A stretch of DNA of 64,000 nucleotides, taken from the NCBI GenBank assembly GCA_040954595.2, contig CM082596.2, positions 11,338,454 through 11,402,453 on the forward strand, read 5' to 3'. Of the stretch, positions 49,901 to 64,000 are shown in pieces. Source of the DNA: Balanoglossus misakiensis. Taxonomy: Eukaryota; Animalia; Hemichordata. The notes beneath the pieces are model-generated. The model saw only the letters and a program-made list of their open reading frames with translations. It was not told the DNA's origin and ran no database searches. How positions within the stretch are numbered: the stretch's first letter is position 1; every line of letters starts with the position of its first letter. The position numbers and the translations under genes are program-made.

Positions 49901-52900
49901 AATGGTGGAAACTGTGTGCTGACGCCCAATTGGTGTACTGAATTCACATGCTCCTGTACAAGCTGTTACTCCGGCGATTTATGTCAGACATGTGAGTGAT
50001 TTTAAATTTCAGATGAAGAGGAACATAATAACATAACACATAATCGGCTTGCAGTTGGTTTCTTCCAACCTGTATCAAACAGTGAATAACGACACAATTT
50101 TGGGGAAATTTATTAAGAATGTGTGTGCCATAAAAGGGGATTGTGTATTTGACCAAACAACAACCTGCACCGTATGGTACACTAAGACACTATTACACCT
50201 GTGTCAAAATTTCATTACTTTTCTTTTGTTGAACATGGAAGAAATTTGTCACAGTGATGTTCTGTTGACCAACTGAGATTTTTACCACTCAACCCTGACT
50301 GCACAAATCTGTTTAAAGTATATGTAGTAAATATTAACTGTACACAATTTATATCACTTTCTCTTCTGTGCACAGATTTGAATCCGTGTCAGCCCAACCC
50401 TTGTCTAAACAGTGGATTCTGCCAGCAAGTGTCCTGCACCGAGTTCAGATGCCAGAGTCCGCGCTGTTTTGATCGGAACCACGTGCGCTGAACGTAAGCA
50501 AACCAGTGTCAGATTTCCCGCACAAAGTAGAAATCGCTGGGCTTTGTCATTGATATTGTCTCAATAAAGTTGCCTGTGAGTGTGCAGCTAACCAAGAGAC
50601 TTATATGCACTACCGTAGCCATGATGAATATTTTCATTGACTCAAATGCTCATCAGTGTGTTGCTATTTTTCCAACCGTAAATTGAAACATCAGAAAGTT
50701 ATGACATCAACTACCCCCACCCCCACCCCACCCCACCCCCAACTAGTAAATATTATAAGATGCTGTAATTATGATATAGATGGTAGCACCAAGCTTGGAT
50801 CAAGTGGTCTTCATTATCCTTCACAAATGAACATGATCACACGGATGTGCAATCTTCTGACAGTCTGCTACAGATTTCACTTCCCACTCAAGTGTGTAAG
50901 ACCCTAATGTGATACTTTTCATTTCTCTCACCCTTAGCGATCAACCAGTGTCTTCTAAACCCATGTCTGAATAACGGAGTGTATCAGCCACTTCAAGGCT
51001 CCTGCTCAATCTACACCTGCAACTGTCCAACCTGCTACACTGGGCAAACATGTGTTACATGTAAGTCACAAGTTTTTAGGTCCCATTGGTATGTACCATG
51101 GTACCTTATGGGATTGGTTACGTCTGTATGTATGGATGGATGGATGGATGTTTGTTCAAATGAAGATGTCATTGCCAAAAATATGCAAATTAGCTGGGAA
51201 AATGTGAAATTGGTCAAAACTCAAAAACTGGACAACCACTGGTCATATTGATTTGAAAATTGGTATGCATTAACCTTATATCAACCTCATACAATCCTGT
51301 ATGTTTTGAGCTAATATTATCGATTTCCTATTTTTTATGCATTTTTTTGTATTTTTCCATGTTATTGGTAAAAAGTCTTTGAAATTTAGTATGAAGCTTC
51401 CTAATGGTTGTCTAAGTAACCATAGTTTTATTCAAATTGTTGCAAAATTTGCATATCTATAATTTTGAGCAATAGTTGCCATTTTTGGTCAAAAAATGTT
51501 TTTCTTTAAAACCTCATGCCAGATTGCTTTGCAATTTGGTAGGCATATTCGTAGGGGTAACCTAAATAATATGTTGTAAAAAAATGTGATATTTGCATAA
51601 ATGTGTTATCGGGGAAACTTTTGCAATTTTTGTCAAAAATTGTTTTCTCTGAAACCGCTTGTCCTATTGCATTGAACTTTGGCAGCATGTTCCTTGTAGT
51701 GATTGAAGTAAGATATTGTACAATTTTGGTGATATTTGCATATTTGTGTTTTTGCCACATTTGAACAAATATTTTCTGTGAAACTGCTTGTTGGATTGCT
51801 TTGAAATTAGTTTTTTCTCTGATTGCTTTGAAATTTAGGATATAATTTCATAACACATACCTGTATATGTGCAACTTTTATTCAATTCTGAGATCAGAAA
51901 GATTAAATATTTAGCGAGTTTTTTTGGTAAGTTTCTTTGTTTTTGGTTAGCAAATCTTCTCCTAAACAAATTGTCCAGTTATTTCTAAAGTTACTATTTA
52001 CAAGGAGTTGTTACCTCAAACAAAGACATGTTTACATAACTTAAATAGGCCAGCTGTTACAGAGACCACCAGCTATCAAATTTTAATTACCAGTGGCAGG
52101 TCAGTGTGTGTCTGTTCCAGGACTGACTGAAAGAAGTTGCTTCGCATGTGTGTTTGTACAGACAATTTTTGGTCAATTTTTTTTCTAGCACCACTTGTAA
52201 GACTGCCAGGACACATGACAGTTTATTGGGCATGTTCCTTGTTAATGTTTTTACATTCCATATTTCTACATGGTCAGATCATATCTGCTTGCAAATGTCA
52301 CCTGTAATTTTTATTCTGGTGTGTCACTGTTTCCGCATAATCCTCAAATGTCATCAGATATCCGAATGTGATGAAAACAGTGTGTTTTGAGTGTTTTTTA
52401 AATGACCTTTTGGGTTAAAAGTGGCAAAAATGGCAATTTTGTCTTGAAAGGGGTCAATAAGACTGAATTTTTTTGGAATTAGCACCATATTTTACATTGA
52501 ATGGACTAGTCTAGGACTTTCCTTACCAAAAATTCTGTTTAATCTTCTGTAACATGTATACTAGTATACATGTAGCTGCCTGATAGTTTGCCCTGTGTGT
52601 GTAATTGCTGAGTGACATAACGCATTCTGTGATTGGTGCAGTCACGTAACCACCAATCAGATCGCTTGTTGTAAGGAGAACTGCACGACCTTTAACCGCA
52701 TTAGCATACCTGATTTTTAGGGCTCGATATTACCTCTGAGGACGCAATATTTAAGTTGAAGTTTTTTTTCTTTTATCATATTAGAGCAAGAAGACTTGTT
52801 TTTTATGTAAAAGAAATAGACCCTAATATACAGAGTGCATTTTGAAACGATAGGCAGGTCCGGCCCATAGCCTAATTCTTCATTTTTCTGTCATGCGTAG

Positions 52901-53517
52901 GAATTGATCAGTGCTAACAACCCATGTCAAAATGGCAGCACTTGCCAACCCTAACCTCGTGTGTGGCATTGACGTGCACCTGCCAAGGATGCTATACTGG
53001 GAGCGCTGTGAAAATTGTCAGTCAGTTTCTTTTGTCAAATTAATCAATATGTGTGGGACTGTTATACATGTATATAAAACAGAATACTGTGATGGAAAAT
53101 TCTATAACTTAATGTTTCAGTGGATATATGACTTAAAGTTAGCAGGATGCAGTGAATTCAACAGAAAGTGTAATTTCCTCTTGTGTGAGCTCTGTGCGAC
53201 TGTGCCAATGAAAATCTCACCCCAAACAAAAATGACAGGTATACACTGTATATTAGCAGCTTTGTCTCTGTAATAGCCATAGTGTTTTGAAGTTGAAAAC
53301 TTGCAAAGTGTGCAGTTTTATTCACACTACAAAGGAAACATTGTTGAAACGGATTATCTGTGTACATTGTCAAACTGTACACTTGTCGTGAGATTTATTC
53401 TCAATTATATTATATCATGCTACCGTCCGCAATTCTGATTGGACGAGAGCTAAATCCAGCGATGCTAAAATACTCAATAATGCACTGCTGGCAGTGGTAA
53501 AACGGGCTTTCTGTTTG

Positions 53518-54702
53518 CCACATGGGTTTGTTCTTTAGGTTGTTGTATGTGTTTACACTCAGCATGTTTATTGTAGAACCAGGGTCGATCAGTGAGGCAA
53601 CTGCTGTTTGTTCTATTTGCACTGTTACTCGAGGCCTCCTGCCATTTGATTGTTGTGCAGTGAAGCAGTATTCATCTCCCGAGCTGTCTTCCACTTTATG
53701 CACAGCTTTGACAGTTTCATCCTTGTCTACCCTATTTGCCTTGCCTTTTGATCGGCAGCATTTGGCAAAATGGTTATGTTTGCCACACTTCCTGCATGAC
53801 TTGCCTTTAGCTGGACATACTGAGTCATGTGGATAGGTGCCACCACAATAATAACAAGTGGACGGTCCTTTCGCTGGCTGCTGATGAGCTCTCTTTTGTT
53901 TATTTGGTTTCGGGCGTTGGTGGCGCTGTTTTCTGACCGCATTCACTGATGCCGTATCTGCACCATTATTTTGGGTTTTCTCCTCAATCCCACTAGCCTG
54001 AACCTCTGATACCTCAAATGAATGGCTGTACTCAGTATATTCTCTAGTGTCGTCTCCTCCCGAAGAGCACGACGTCTGAGACGGGCTGATGTGAATCCTC
54101 GTATGATTTGTGATTTGACCTCTTGATCCTTTTTGGTGAAGTCACATATGTTTCTGCTAGGCGTTGCAAACAAGTGTGATAGGCATCAATCGATTCGCCG
54201 TTGTTTTGTATGGTGTCTCTGAAGATGAATCGTTCGTATTCAATGTTCCGTTTGGGTGAGAAGTACGACGTAAGCTTTAATTTGGCTGTTTCACAGCTCG
54301 TTCCTGTATCTGGTAGAGTATCAAAGAAGTCGGAAACTTCCTCACCTGCCCAGTGCAATAGCAGTGCACGTTGTGGCTTGTCATCTGTAATGTTGAATGC
54401 GACAAATGCGTTTTCTACTCTAGCCATGTACTTTTTCCATCTCGTACTGGTGGTTGTCGGGTCTGAATGAACAGGAAAACTCGGCATTGATGGCTAGCTG
54501 ATTCTCCATGTTCTCCGTCCTCGTCGCCAAATATAGAATCGTGGGTGGGCAATAATGACAACACGAGACACCAAGTCCGGCATGTAAGAGTGAGAGTGCC
54601 TAGCCACGTTCACGCACTTTATTCATAATGACCCGAATGTTGCATTACGTCATTTTACAGAATGTATAAAGTATAGATGCTCACTAGTGTTTGGACACTA
54701 CA
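53518..54702 (-). mobile_element. Gypsy LTR/gag/protease relic, copy 3
   Basis: Same as 9745-10929. Confidence 0.9.
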
Positions 54703-57157
54703 ATATACATGTGACTGCAGTGTCTTTCCAATCATGAATTTGCAAGGTGTCCTTCGGAGAAAATCTTCTGATTCTCTTTTCTGATTTGCTTTGCATATTT
54801 AACTTAATGATCTAATGTGTTGGAATTCCCTGTCTCAAATTTTTGATGATCAGTCTCTGCCCCATTGCTCATCGTCCCAACTTTCTTGTGTATTGAAAAC
54901 CAGGAATCAACCAATGTGATCCCGATCTGTGCTTGAAGAGTGGTTTCTGCCAGATGACATCTGGATCATGTGAACTGTACACATGTTTCTGTCAGAATTG
55001 TTACACTGGTGACCTTTGTGAACAACGTAAGTTTTGATTTATTGTCTTGGGTTAATAATTTATACAGTTCAAAGTATCACCATTTCTTTCAATATGTAGA
55101 TTTTTTTGTTTTTCTCTACAAGTGTAATCAAGATCTGCATGAAAATTTGTGTCGCTGTCACCAAACCTAGCTAGTCCATACAACCAACAGTATGAATCAC
55201 CACCTCATACTGGGCGTAGCCATAGGCCCTAACCCTAATAGTTACGTACTTATGAGCATTTATGTTATATATAGTTCAAAGGTCACCAAGGTCATCTGAC
55301 ATTGCGGCGAAATGATTTGGTCCAATAGTTGTACCTGTCCACCAAAAATCAGCTCCCTAGGTGTATTAGTTAGCGTAGAAATAGATATGTGTTTTTCAAG
55401 GTGGGTCAAAGGTCAAGGGGTCACCCGAAATTTGGCTTCTCATTTCGGCCCCTTGGTCAGTCCCTGTTCACTCCATAAATGGAGACGTGTTCTGCGCAAC
55501 CGCAGTACGTGTAACCTCGTGAACTCAGATGTGCACATGCGTACAGCAGACCCTGTTCACTCCATAAATGGAGACGTGTTCTGCGCAACCACAGCTGGAC
55601 CTGTGAAAGATCAAATCCGATCGACATATTTAGTTTCCGTATATTATATTGACCAATGCAGACTAAATCTAATAGAATTACTACATGTAGTATATCGTGT
55701 ATAATACACACGTTTGGCAATATTGCAGTTTGAGTGTTAGATGCAGACGTGTATACCCGATCTAAATTTCCGACCTACACATGTACATGTATCACTGTTC
55801 ACATGTACATACACCGTAACTGCGTTCTGAAAATGACATGGTATTTTCAAAATGTTACCCCAGATTACCCCATCATGAAACTCACACCCATTGTCCAGCA
55901 GTAGTTAGTTGACTATCCTATTCACTCAAAACAAAAAGAACGGGTGTGAAAAAGTCACTAAAACAGCATTGATACAGAGGTGTATAACACTGTCCATGAT
56001 TTCAAGAGAAAAACATGAACGCAGCCCAGGCAGATCGGTCACTGTATGTGGCGATATCTTTCTAAGTATTTCACTCAACTTGTACAGACGATGCCATGCT
56101 GTCTTCTGGAATGTGCTGGTAACGTCACACATCGAAACATATTGATGATGCCCTTCCCTGCGGCTCGGGCATCATGAATATTATTAAGGTCAAAGATCAC
56201 CATCCCTTGTGCAGGCAAAAGATCATGATATTGCCCTCGCTAACATGTGTTATTATTTAAATACGATGTTGTCATAGCTTTACTATGCAGGTATAGTAAA
56301 GCATATGCCTTGGTCCAGACCCCCCCCCCCCCCCCATGGTCAATGAAAAAATATGAAATATAATGATCAAAAATCTTCTTCTCAAAATCGGCATACCCTA
56401 ATTTGAAAATTTCGCCCTTATATGGTCATCAGGTCACTTGACTAATTTAACATTCACGGACGTACTGCACCAGATCTCATTGGCCTGCATCATTGTGCCA
56501 AATTTGAGAATTGTAGGTTTAGCCGTTTTCAAGATCATAGTGGCCGATGAAAGTGCCCAAGAAGAAGAAAAATGCCAGCAATACCAAAAGGGGCCCCGCT
56601 CATAGGGGCTTGGGCCCCCCAAAACGCCAGTAATACCAATAGGGGCCCCGCCCATAGGGGCTTGGGCCCCTAATAAGTCAGTTGTAAAGTTATTACTGAG
56701 CTTGAATTTCACTAGCGCCTAAAAGTAAACAAAAACTGATGGTCAAAGTATCACAAGCTTTATTTTGGTTTGATGTAGGATGTAATATGCTTATAGCACA
56801 CTGCCAAATTAATGTCAACCAATAAGACCGGTAGGATATGATCGAAAACCACACGTATTAATGTGTAAAAGGCCGAACTTCCCAATAAATTTGGGTAGCC
56901 GACTACAGAAAGAGTCGAACCGATGCATGAACTGAAGTATCAAGACACATGGACTATTATTTATTGTTTCAGCAATTTGACTTAAATTTATAATTTCCTA
57001 TGGCAGTTTTTGCCGACAAGAATCAATGCCCGACCAAACAAAATGGACATTTTCACGTGATCGTTACTGAGGTCACAAGTTAGCCAAGCCCTCATACACG
57101 CGCTATTCGGAAGTATCGGTGATCTGTTTATGTGTTTAGCTAAGGTGGTAAACTGTT

Positions 57158-59786
57158 CATCAATCAATCAATCAGTCAATCAAAAGGACTTATAGAGCAC
57201 CAAACTCCACTGCAATAGTGTTCAATAGCGCTTTACAATGTAAAGTTACTGTTAATAGGCTCTGTTAAACAGATAAGTCTTGATGTGTTTCTTGAAACTG
57301 TCAAGGCTAGGTGACTGGTATACTTCTATTGGGACATTGTTCCAAATGAGTGGGGCGATATACGAAAAAGCATGATCGCCGTACGTTTTCTTCTTACTCC
57401 ATGGTACATGAAGTAGAAATTTGTCATTTGATCGAAGAAGTCTTGTTGAAGTTTTCAGATGGATTAAGTCAGTGATGTAAGCTGGTGCTGTGTTGTTTAA
57501 TGCCTTATATGTCATAAGCAAGATCTTGTATTGGATTCTATAGTGTACAGGCATCCAATGTAAATCCATGAGAACAAGAGTAATATGATCCGTTTTACGG
57601 GTACGAGAAACGATCCTGGCTGCAGAATTCAGGGCATGCTGTAGCGGTTGAATGCATGATGATGGTAAACCACAGAGTAGTGCATTACAGTAGTCCAGTT
57701 TTGATGTGATTAGAGCATGAACCAGCATCTGGCAAACTTCCTTAGTGAGGTAACGGCGAATGTGGCTGATTTGACGCAGATGGAAGAAAATTGACTTGCA
57801 AATTGCATTAATGTGCTTATTGAAAGTGTAATTGTCGTCGAATGTCACACCTATATTCCGTGCAGAATTCACAATTTGAACACAACATGATCCAATGCTA
57901 ATGTGGTTTATGGGACGAGGCGAGCGGTTGAACTGAGACCTTATCAGGAGTACCTCGGGTTTGCCACCATTGAGTTGAAGTTTATTATGTGTCATCCAGG
58001 TTTTTATTTCGTGAACTGCCCTTTCCATCTTGTCTAATGTACTATCCAGTGCCATACAAATATCGTTGTTGACTTTAGTAAGTGCTGTTTCGGTACTGTG
58101 ATCCTTTCGGTACGCTGACTGCAGTGGTTCTTGTAGTGAGTTGGTAGTCAAATATGATGTCAGTTGTTGTGCTACAATCTTCCCGATTACTTTTGACAGG
58201 AAGGTTAGGTTTGAAACAGGTCTATAGTTCTTGAAAATGTTTTTGTCGAGCGAAGGTTTCTTGAGTACATTGGTGTGATGACTGCTATTTTAAGTTATTC
58301 AGGAACAGTTCCAGTTTTGAGTGACAAATTGATAATTGTGGCTATGATAGTGAGCAGATTACCAAGACATTGCTTAACAAGTGCTGTAGGGATGAGATCA
58401 AGTACACGTGTTTTAGATGGAGAGCCAGAGATAACTTTGCTGATTTCTTCGTCTTTAGCTGTGTGGAATTCAGGAAGTGTTGATGAGACTGCTGGGTGCA
58501 GAAATTGGTAATCTTTTGAAGTAGGGTTTACCATGTCAAGGCTGGAACGGATAGACGTGATTTTAGTGATGAAATATTTACTGAATGAATCTGCTAAGTC
58601 TATTTTCGCAGTATGGTCAGGTAGAGTCTTTTCTTGTTGCTTGCCAGCCATGGTTGATATGATTTGAAATAGTGACTTCTGGTTACCATACTTTTCCTCA
58701 ATTAGATGTGAGAAGTATGACTTTTTGGCAGCTCTGATTAAGTGATTGACATTTCTGCACTCATGTTGATATATCTCACGATGAATCTCCAGCTTAGTTT
58801 TTCGCCACAGATGTTCAGCCTTCCGTCTATTCTTTTTTGCAATGTCGATTTCATGAGTATACCATTTGGTACCTGGACGTATGATCACTGTACGCTTTTG
58901 AAGTGGTGCGTGGGCTTGAAGAACTTCACTGACGTGTTGGTTATAAGCTGATATGGCTGAGGAGAGGTCATTTGGAGGCTAGGACATTTGATGTATTTTG
59001 TCGAGATCATGGCTGAAACTATCAATTGAAATGGCAGATACGACGATAAGATATTTGACGTCTACTGTGTGTTGGTTTCGGAAGAGCAAGTTTTGCATTG
59101 ACAGGATTGTGATCAGAGAGTTCCAAGCAGTCTACAGAGACACTCTTGATGTTAGACGCAGAGTTAGATAAGATGAGATCAAGAGTATGACCCTTTCTGT
59201 GTGTTGGTTGTTGGACCCATTGTTTCAGATTACAGGCGCTGATGATTCCATTGAATTTCTGTGTTACTGGATTCTTATCATCTTCTAGGTGAATATTGAA
59301 ATCTCCTACGATGAAGAGATTACTTGAGCAGGTGACATACTTCTCAAGTGTTGTACTGAACTCTTCCATGAACTGTGGTGCGGTGAATTTATTCTTAACT
59401 GATGGTGGTGGACGGTAGACAAGAATTATTTTCATGGAAAGTTTCTGGTGAAGAATAGTTGCTTCCGCTGTCTCAAAAGATTTAACAGAGAGAATAGGCT
59501 TCCAAGCTGTTAATTTTAGTGCTAGCTTATGAATTTAAGATAAGTCTTCACCGATCTTGCCAACCTCAGGTAGATGTTTGACAGCATAGCCTGGTGGTGT
59601 ACATTCAGCCATTACGTGTTCGTCACCAGATTCCTTCAACCATGTTTCAGTGAGTACAAGAATATCAATGTCTTTATCTGTGATGTAGTCTGCAATGTCT
59701 AATGATTTGCATCTAGCTGAGCGGACATTCCATGTAGAGAGTAGAAGTTCACACGTATTGTGGATAGGGTGGATCTTGAATACTGC
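57158..59786 (-). mobile_element. CR1/L2 LINE ORF2 relic, copy 3
   Basis: Same as 13783-16411. Confidence 0.93.
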
Positions 59787-60258
59787 ATAGTTACTCTTCA
59801 ATAGATATTTAGTGACTCGCTAACTGTTGCGATTCGTGTGTGTGTAATTTACGTACTTCAAGTTAAATATCGCAACTAGCCGTAATGTTTGACTAGGGGG
59901 AGCACCTATACTAATGCGAGAACCAGGGATTGAAAGTTGCACCTGTATTTTGATCCCTTAGTTACCCTTATAAGTACATTTGTAGTCTAATAACCATAGC
60001 TCTATTGCAAACCATTCTTTCCGTAGTTTCTTGTTTCAAATATTGTAATCTGAATTTATTTTGATGTTTAACAGGTGTGATTATCTGTATTTGCGACCAT
60101 TTTGAAAAAAATTGGTTGCCATGGAAACTCTTCAACAGATATTTAGTGACCGGACGCGCAGTGTTTCCGGTTTATGTTCTGCACGTATATCCTTGATGAA
60201 GTTTGCTGGCTAGAGGGCTCCTAAACCTCCCTAATATTTGACGTCTTCACTCCTACAG

Positions 60259-63200
60259 GACTGCGCAGCTGGAAGTTAAAGTTCAGCATGTTCTGAAGCA
60301 TGCACGCTGTGTCCAGGGGTTTCATGTGTGGAACAGCCAGCCTCTCATCACCAACATAATGCGGACTGGGATATTTTGCCAACAATGGAAGTATAGACTG
60401 TACGCCTTGTCCTGCCCCGGGTATAAGTGCCAATATGATGGTATGTCGGAGCCAGAGGTGTGTGAAGATGGATACTACACTAATATAGATGATGAGTCAG
60501 CACTTAAAGTTTGGGCATTACTGAGTAATCTTTCACTTAAGGCGGACGATCATCTTATGTGCATGTACGTAATTCTGTGCGTACAAACATTACGTCCAGT
60601 CCAAATATTCTGCCAATTTTACATCCAATGCATTCAAATAGTGGACTGCTTCGCTTTCATCCAGTTTTCATGTGCATCGTATAAGTAGACTATTGTTTTG
60701 TCCCGTCTTTTCACCAAATTTGCTCTTTTCCAAATCTCCGACACAGACTATGATCGTCAAGATCTTGTCTGTTGTTAGAACAGCACACTGCCGTATGGCA
60801 TTGACTGTATACAGTTTCTGTTACCAATATCTCTGGTTTGGCATTTTCCTGTCCTCGAAATCAATCCAGAGATTTTTGTCTCCCCAACCCGCGTGAGAAT
60901 CCCACGTCTTTGAAGGTATGACTGTGACTATAAGATTCTATAAATCTCTGTTTATTTTCAGCACAAATATCATGTGCTGATTGCCCAGCTGGTAACCAAT
61001 GTCCAAATGGTAACACTGTGATTTTATGCTCGGCTGGTTATTACAGTTCGGCTTTGGACAAAGGATGTCTCGCTGTACCTCTTGCATAACAGGTAAACTT
61101 CTACCCACCCACCTTTATTTCCAACATCAAACATTAGGTCAGGTAATTTACTAACTGAAAAATAGGATGGGAACATTTTCTATTTCTGTATTTAAAATTT
61201 ACTGATATAATATATGAATAAAAAAATGACAATTTTTCCAAATTTGAATAGACCTCTATTTATGAAAATAATTAAAATTTGCACCAAATTTTTACAGTGG
61301 TATTCAAAGGTTAACTTGGTGTGTAAATTCTCTGTTTGATTTACAGATCAAATGGTGCTGAACATTGTACTATTTGTGAGCAAGGGTACGCCTGCACAGA
61401 TCAGTGTACATCGCAATTCAAGTGTACCAAGGGTTACGTGTCATTGGCTGGTGCAACAAACTGTACCATATGTACAAATGGTAAGATTGTGGTACTTGTT
61501 CAGTTTGCTGTGTGATGAAACTGAGGGGTATGTGTGTATGCATGTATGTGTTTACAACAGATTTTTAAGTCAGTGCGACTGGGGGTATGTGTGTGTGTGT
61601 GTATGTATGTATGTGTTTACAACAGATTATCAACTCAGTGCGAGATCTTGCGAGACCCGGTTAGCCATGTGAGATCTCGCAGAGTCTTATGATATTCAGA
61701 AAATGGTTGATTAGAAATGACGTTTAATGTCCTCCAAAGAATTTTCTACATGCCTGTATACTTGTCTCAGAATTATGAAGTGAATCATCTCAAGTAATTT
61801 GTTATTTTAAATGACACTGTATCACAAATACTTCACTAAAAACCTCATTTTCTTTGATCAGATGAAATAAGTGAGGAGCCTGCACGCACATCCCATCTTC
61901 TGTGCCCTGCTGGACAATCGTGTTCAGATCCAATGTAAGATCCGCTTGACTGTGGCAATGGTGAATATGCTATGGAAGGCGACGGCACATGCACGCCTTG
62001 TCCAGCAGGATCCAAGTGTCCAACCATGTCACCCGTAGTGGATTGTTCAACAGTTACTGGTAAGTTGGGCTGCAAATCACTCTTGTGACTTCCCTGTGTT
62101 ATAGCATGACATACACAGAAAATTAAACTGTTATGCTCATTGGAGTTGATATTGTGATGCACTTTGAAAAACACAATGATTCCACTGAAGAGGTATTGTA
62201 CAGTAACACCGGTGATTACGGACATCTCTCTAATAAGGGATCGTTGGACCAAACCAATCGTTCTTTGAATTTTTTCTGTGATAGGTTCATACTCGCTAGG
62301 TTCGGCCACGTCCTTCTGGTTATGAATGCACAACTACAAGTGTCACACAGTGCGCTACAGGGCAGTAAAGTGTTGAAGGAGGTAAGTCTTGAAATCTCTT
62401 TTCTTCTGGTCTCGATTTGAACATGGTTCCACAAGTTGTTTACATCACTTGTAGTTTTACATATTTTTTGAGTTCAACAGCTATGCTATACATGGTGTCC
62501 TGAGAAGTCGACCAGTATGAGAAGTCGGTATCGGCCAGTACGAGAAGTCGGCCTGTGGGAGAGAACCCTGGTACTTTGTGTTATATATAACTGTTTCACT
62601 ACGAAATGTTTCCTTGATGTACAGGAGCTGAGATATTTGTACAAATAGCCGATGAATTTTAAAACTGTCTGTTCACTTTGCATGTACGTCACCGGGGTAC
62701 GTCAACATCAGTCACCTGCACTTCTTGCGCTGCGCCAGTAGTCAGTTCCTCGTCACGTTTGTTTGTTTGGTGTTGTCTCAAAGTATGCATATACACATAC
62801 ATCTTCTATGTATTTTAGTAGGCTTTGAAACAACTCCCTGTAAAGGGACAAAGTCTCTCTCTCGCTGCCCTTTTTCCATTAATAATATTTGATACAAGAC
62901 ACCATTTATTTATTCTAAATGTGGATATATAGTGAATCAACGTTCAACCACACACAACTTCAATCCAACTTGTAGACACGAGAGTGAAAAACTTGCCAAA
63001 ATGAATAATCGTTGTTTACCATTTATTCATTTTGGCGGGATTTTTACACTCATATCCTACAAACGGGATGGAATTTGTCTGTAGTTGAATGTGGATTCTC
63101 AATATATCCACATGTAGAATAATGTGAACGGTGTCTTGTATCAAACATAATTAATGGAAAAAGGTTTGCGCGAGAGAGACTTTGTCCCTTTAATCAGAAA

Positions 63201-63894
63201 TGTCACAGGAATTTGGCGAACAACCTAAGCTCCTTACGCGGATACGGGGCTGGGGAACCGGTACGGATGCCAGACGCCATTATTTGAAATGACGCCATTG
63301 TGTTGTCAAGAATTTGGGAAATCCGTCCAAATGAAAATATTTAGTGCAATTATATTTTATTAAGTGTTGTTATAAGTAATCTGGGTCATCACTGCACTAT
63401 TCGGGTACAAGTTCAACAACTGGCCGACTTCTCGTACTGGCCGACTTCTCATACGCGCGTACTGGCCGACTTCTAATCTGGCCGACTTCTCATGTATTCC
63501 TATACATTAGTGAAAATTGGGGAAACTGGTGTTTTTCAGACAACTTATGAAGTCCCTTTCGCAGTATTAACTCTAAAACAGCGGGTGATATTCCTTTTAA
63601 AATTTAACCAAATAAGCATACTTGAACTCTGTCATATCGGCAAAACACTCACTACACAAGCTGCTGTTATTCTACAGACATGACATGTGCTGATTGCGGC
63701 GTAGGTAACTACTGTCCAGATGGGTCAGACAGCCCCATTCCTTGTCCATCAAGTTATTATGCTGACACAGCCACAGATGTATCCTGTACCCCTTGCGATC
63801 CAGGCTGTCAGTGTGCAGCAACATCACCCACTTGCCTGCACATCAAGAACCTACTCTCTGGGACCATCAACAACATGTACTCCCCTTCTACCAG
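60259..63894 (+). pseudogene. GCC2_GCC3-like exon block, copy 3/4
   Basis: Same exons; B4 has a private 3-bp deletion (gtggatgattgt to gtggattgt). Confidence 0.87.
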
Positions 63895-64000
63895 GTTTGT
63901 AGTCGTCTTAGTCGTAAAAACATATTTAAGGTGTTGCGCACCTCGAAATAAAGGGTCGTCTGATCATGTTTAAATTAATACTGATGATACTATGACTTCT
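63317..64000. repeat. Macro-tandem repeat copy 4 (partial, runs off the window)
   Basis: Matches positions 1-684. Confidence 0.97.

Larger units (their letters stand above)
41476..55026 (+). pseudogene. Complete GCC-to-EGF exon run (B1-B5, exon 44898-45114, EGF 1-10) across the copy 2/3 boundary
   Basis: Same exons and lesions as in copy 1. Confidence 0.9.
44537..63316. repeat. Macro-tandem repeat copy 3 (18,780 bp)
   Basis: Colinear with copy 1; lacks the MITE and the 393-bp duplication. Confidence 0.98.

Noticed and set aside
1-64000. The whole unit as one giant transposon (Polinton/Helitron) or viral concatemer
   Set aside because: No polB, Rep-helicase, integrase, capsid or transposase ORF, and no unit-level terminal repeats.

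Overview
Repeat-rich animal genomic DNA; the repeat content suggests a marine invertebrate deuterostome such as a hemichordate, which is inference only. The window is a head-to-tail array of a ~19-25 kb unit: copy 1 1-19944, copy 2 19945-44536, copy 3 44537-63316, copy 4 starting at 63317. The copies are nearly identical apart from a few large indels. Each unit holds a spliced + strand gene fragment that the ORF track misses: six Cys-rich GCC2_GCC3/ephrin-receptor-like exons, then ten ~123-bp phase-1 exons each encoding an atypical 8-cysteine EGF-like domain. Most exons have stops or frameshifts, and these lesions are shared by all copies, so a gene that was already dead appears to have been amplified as a macrosatellite. 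The introns contain two CR1/L2-type LINE relics, a Ty3/Gypsy LTR-gag-protease relic with a tRNA-Ser PBS, several MITEs and two Helentron/DINE-like elements. Copy-specific events are a 767-bp MITE with 7-bp TSD (copy 1), a 393-bp duplication with a hairpin junction (copy 1), a 4x amplification of a 1.5-kb two-exon cassette (copy 2) and an extra 1380-bp segment (copy 2). I found no intact protein-coding gene, RNA gene or CRISPR array.
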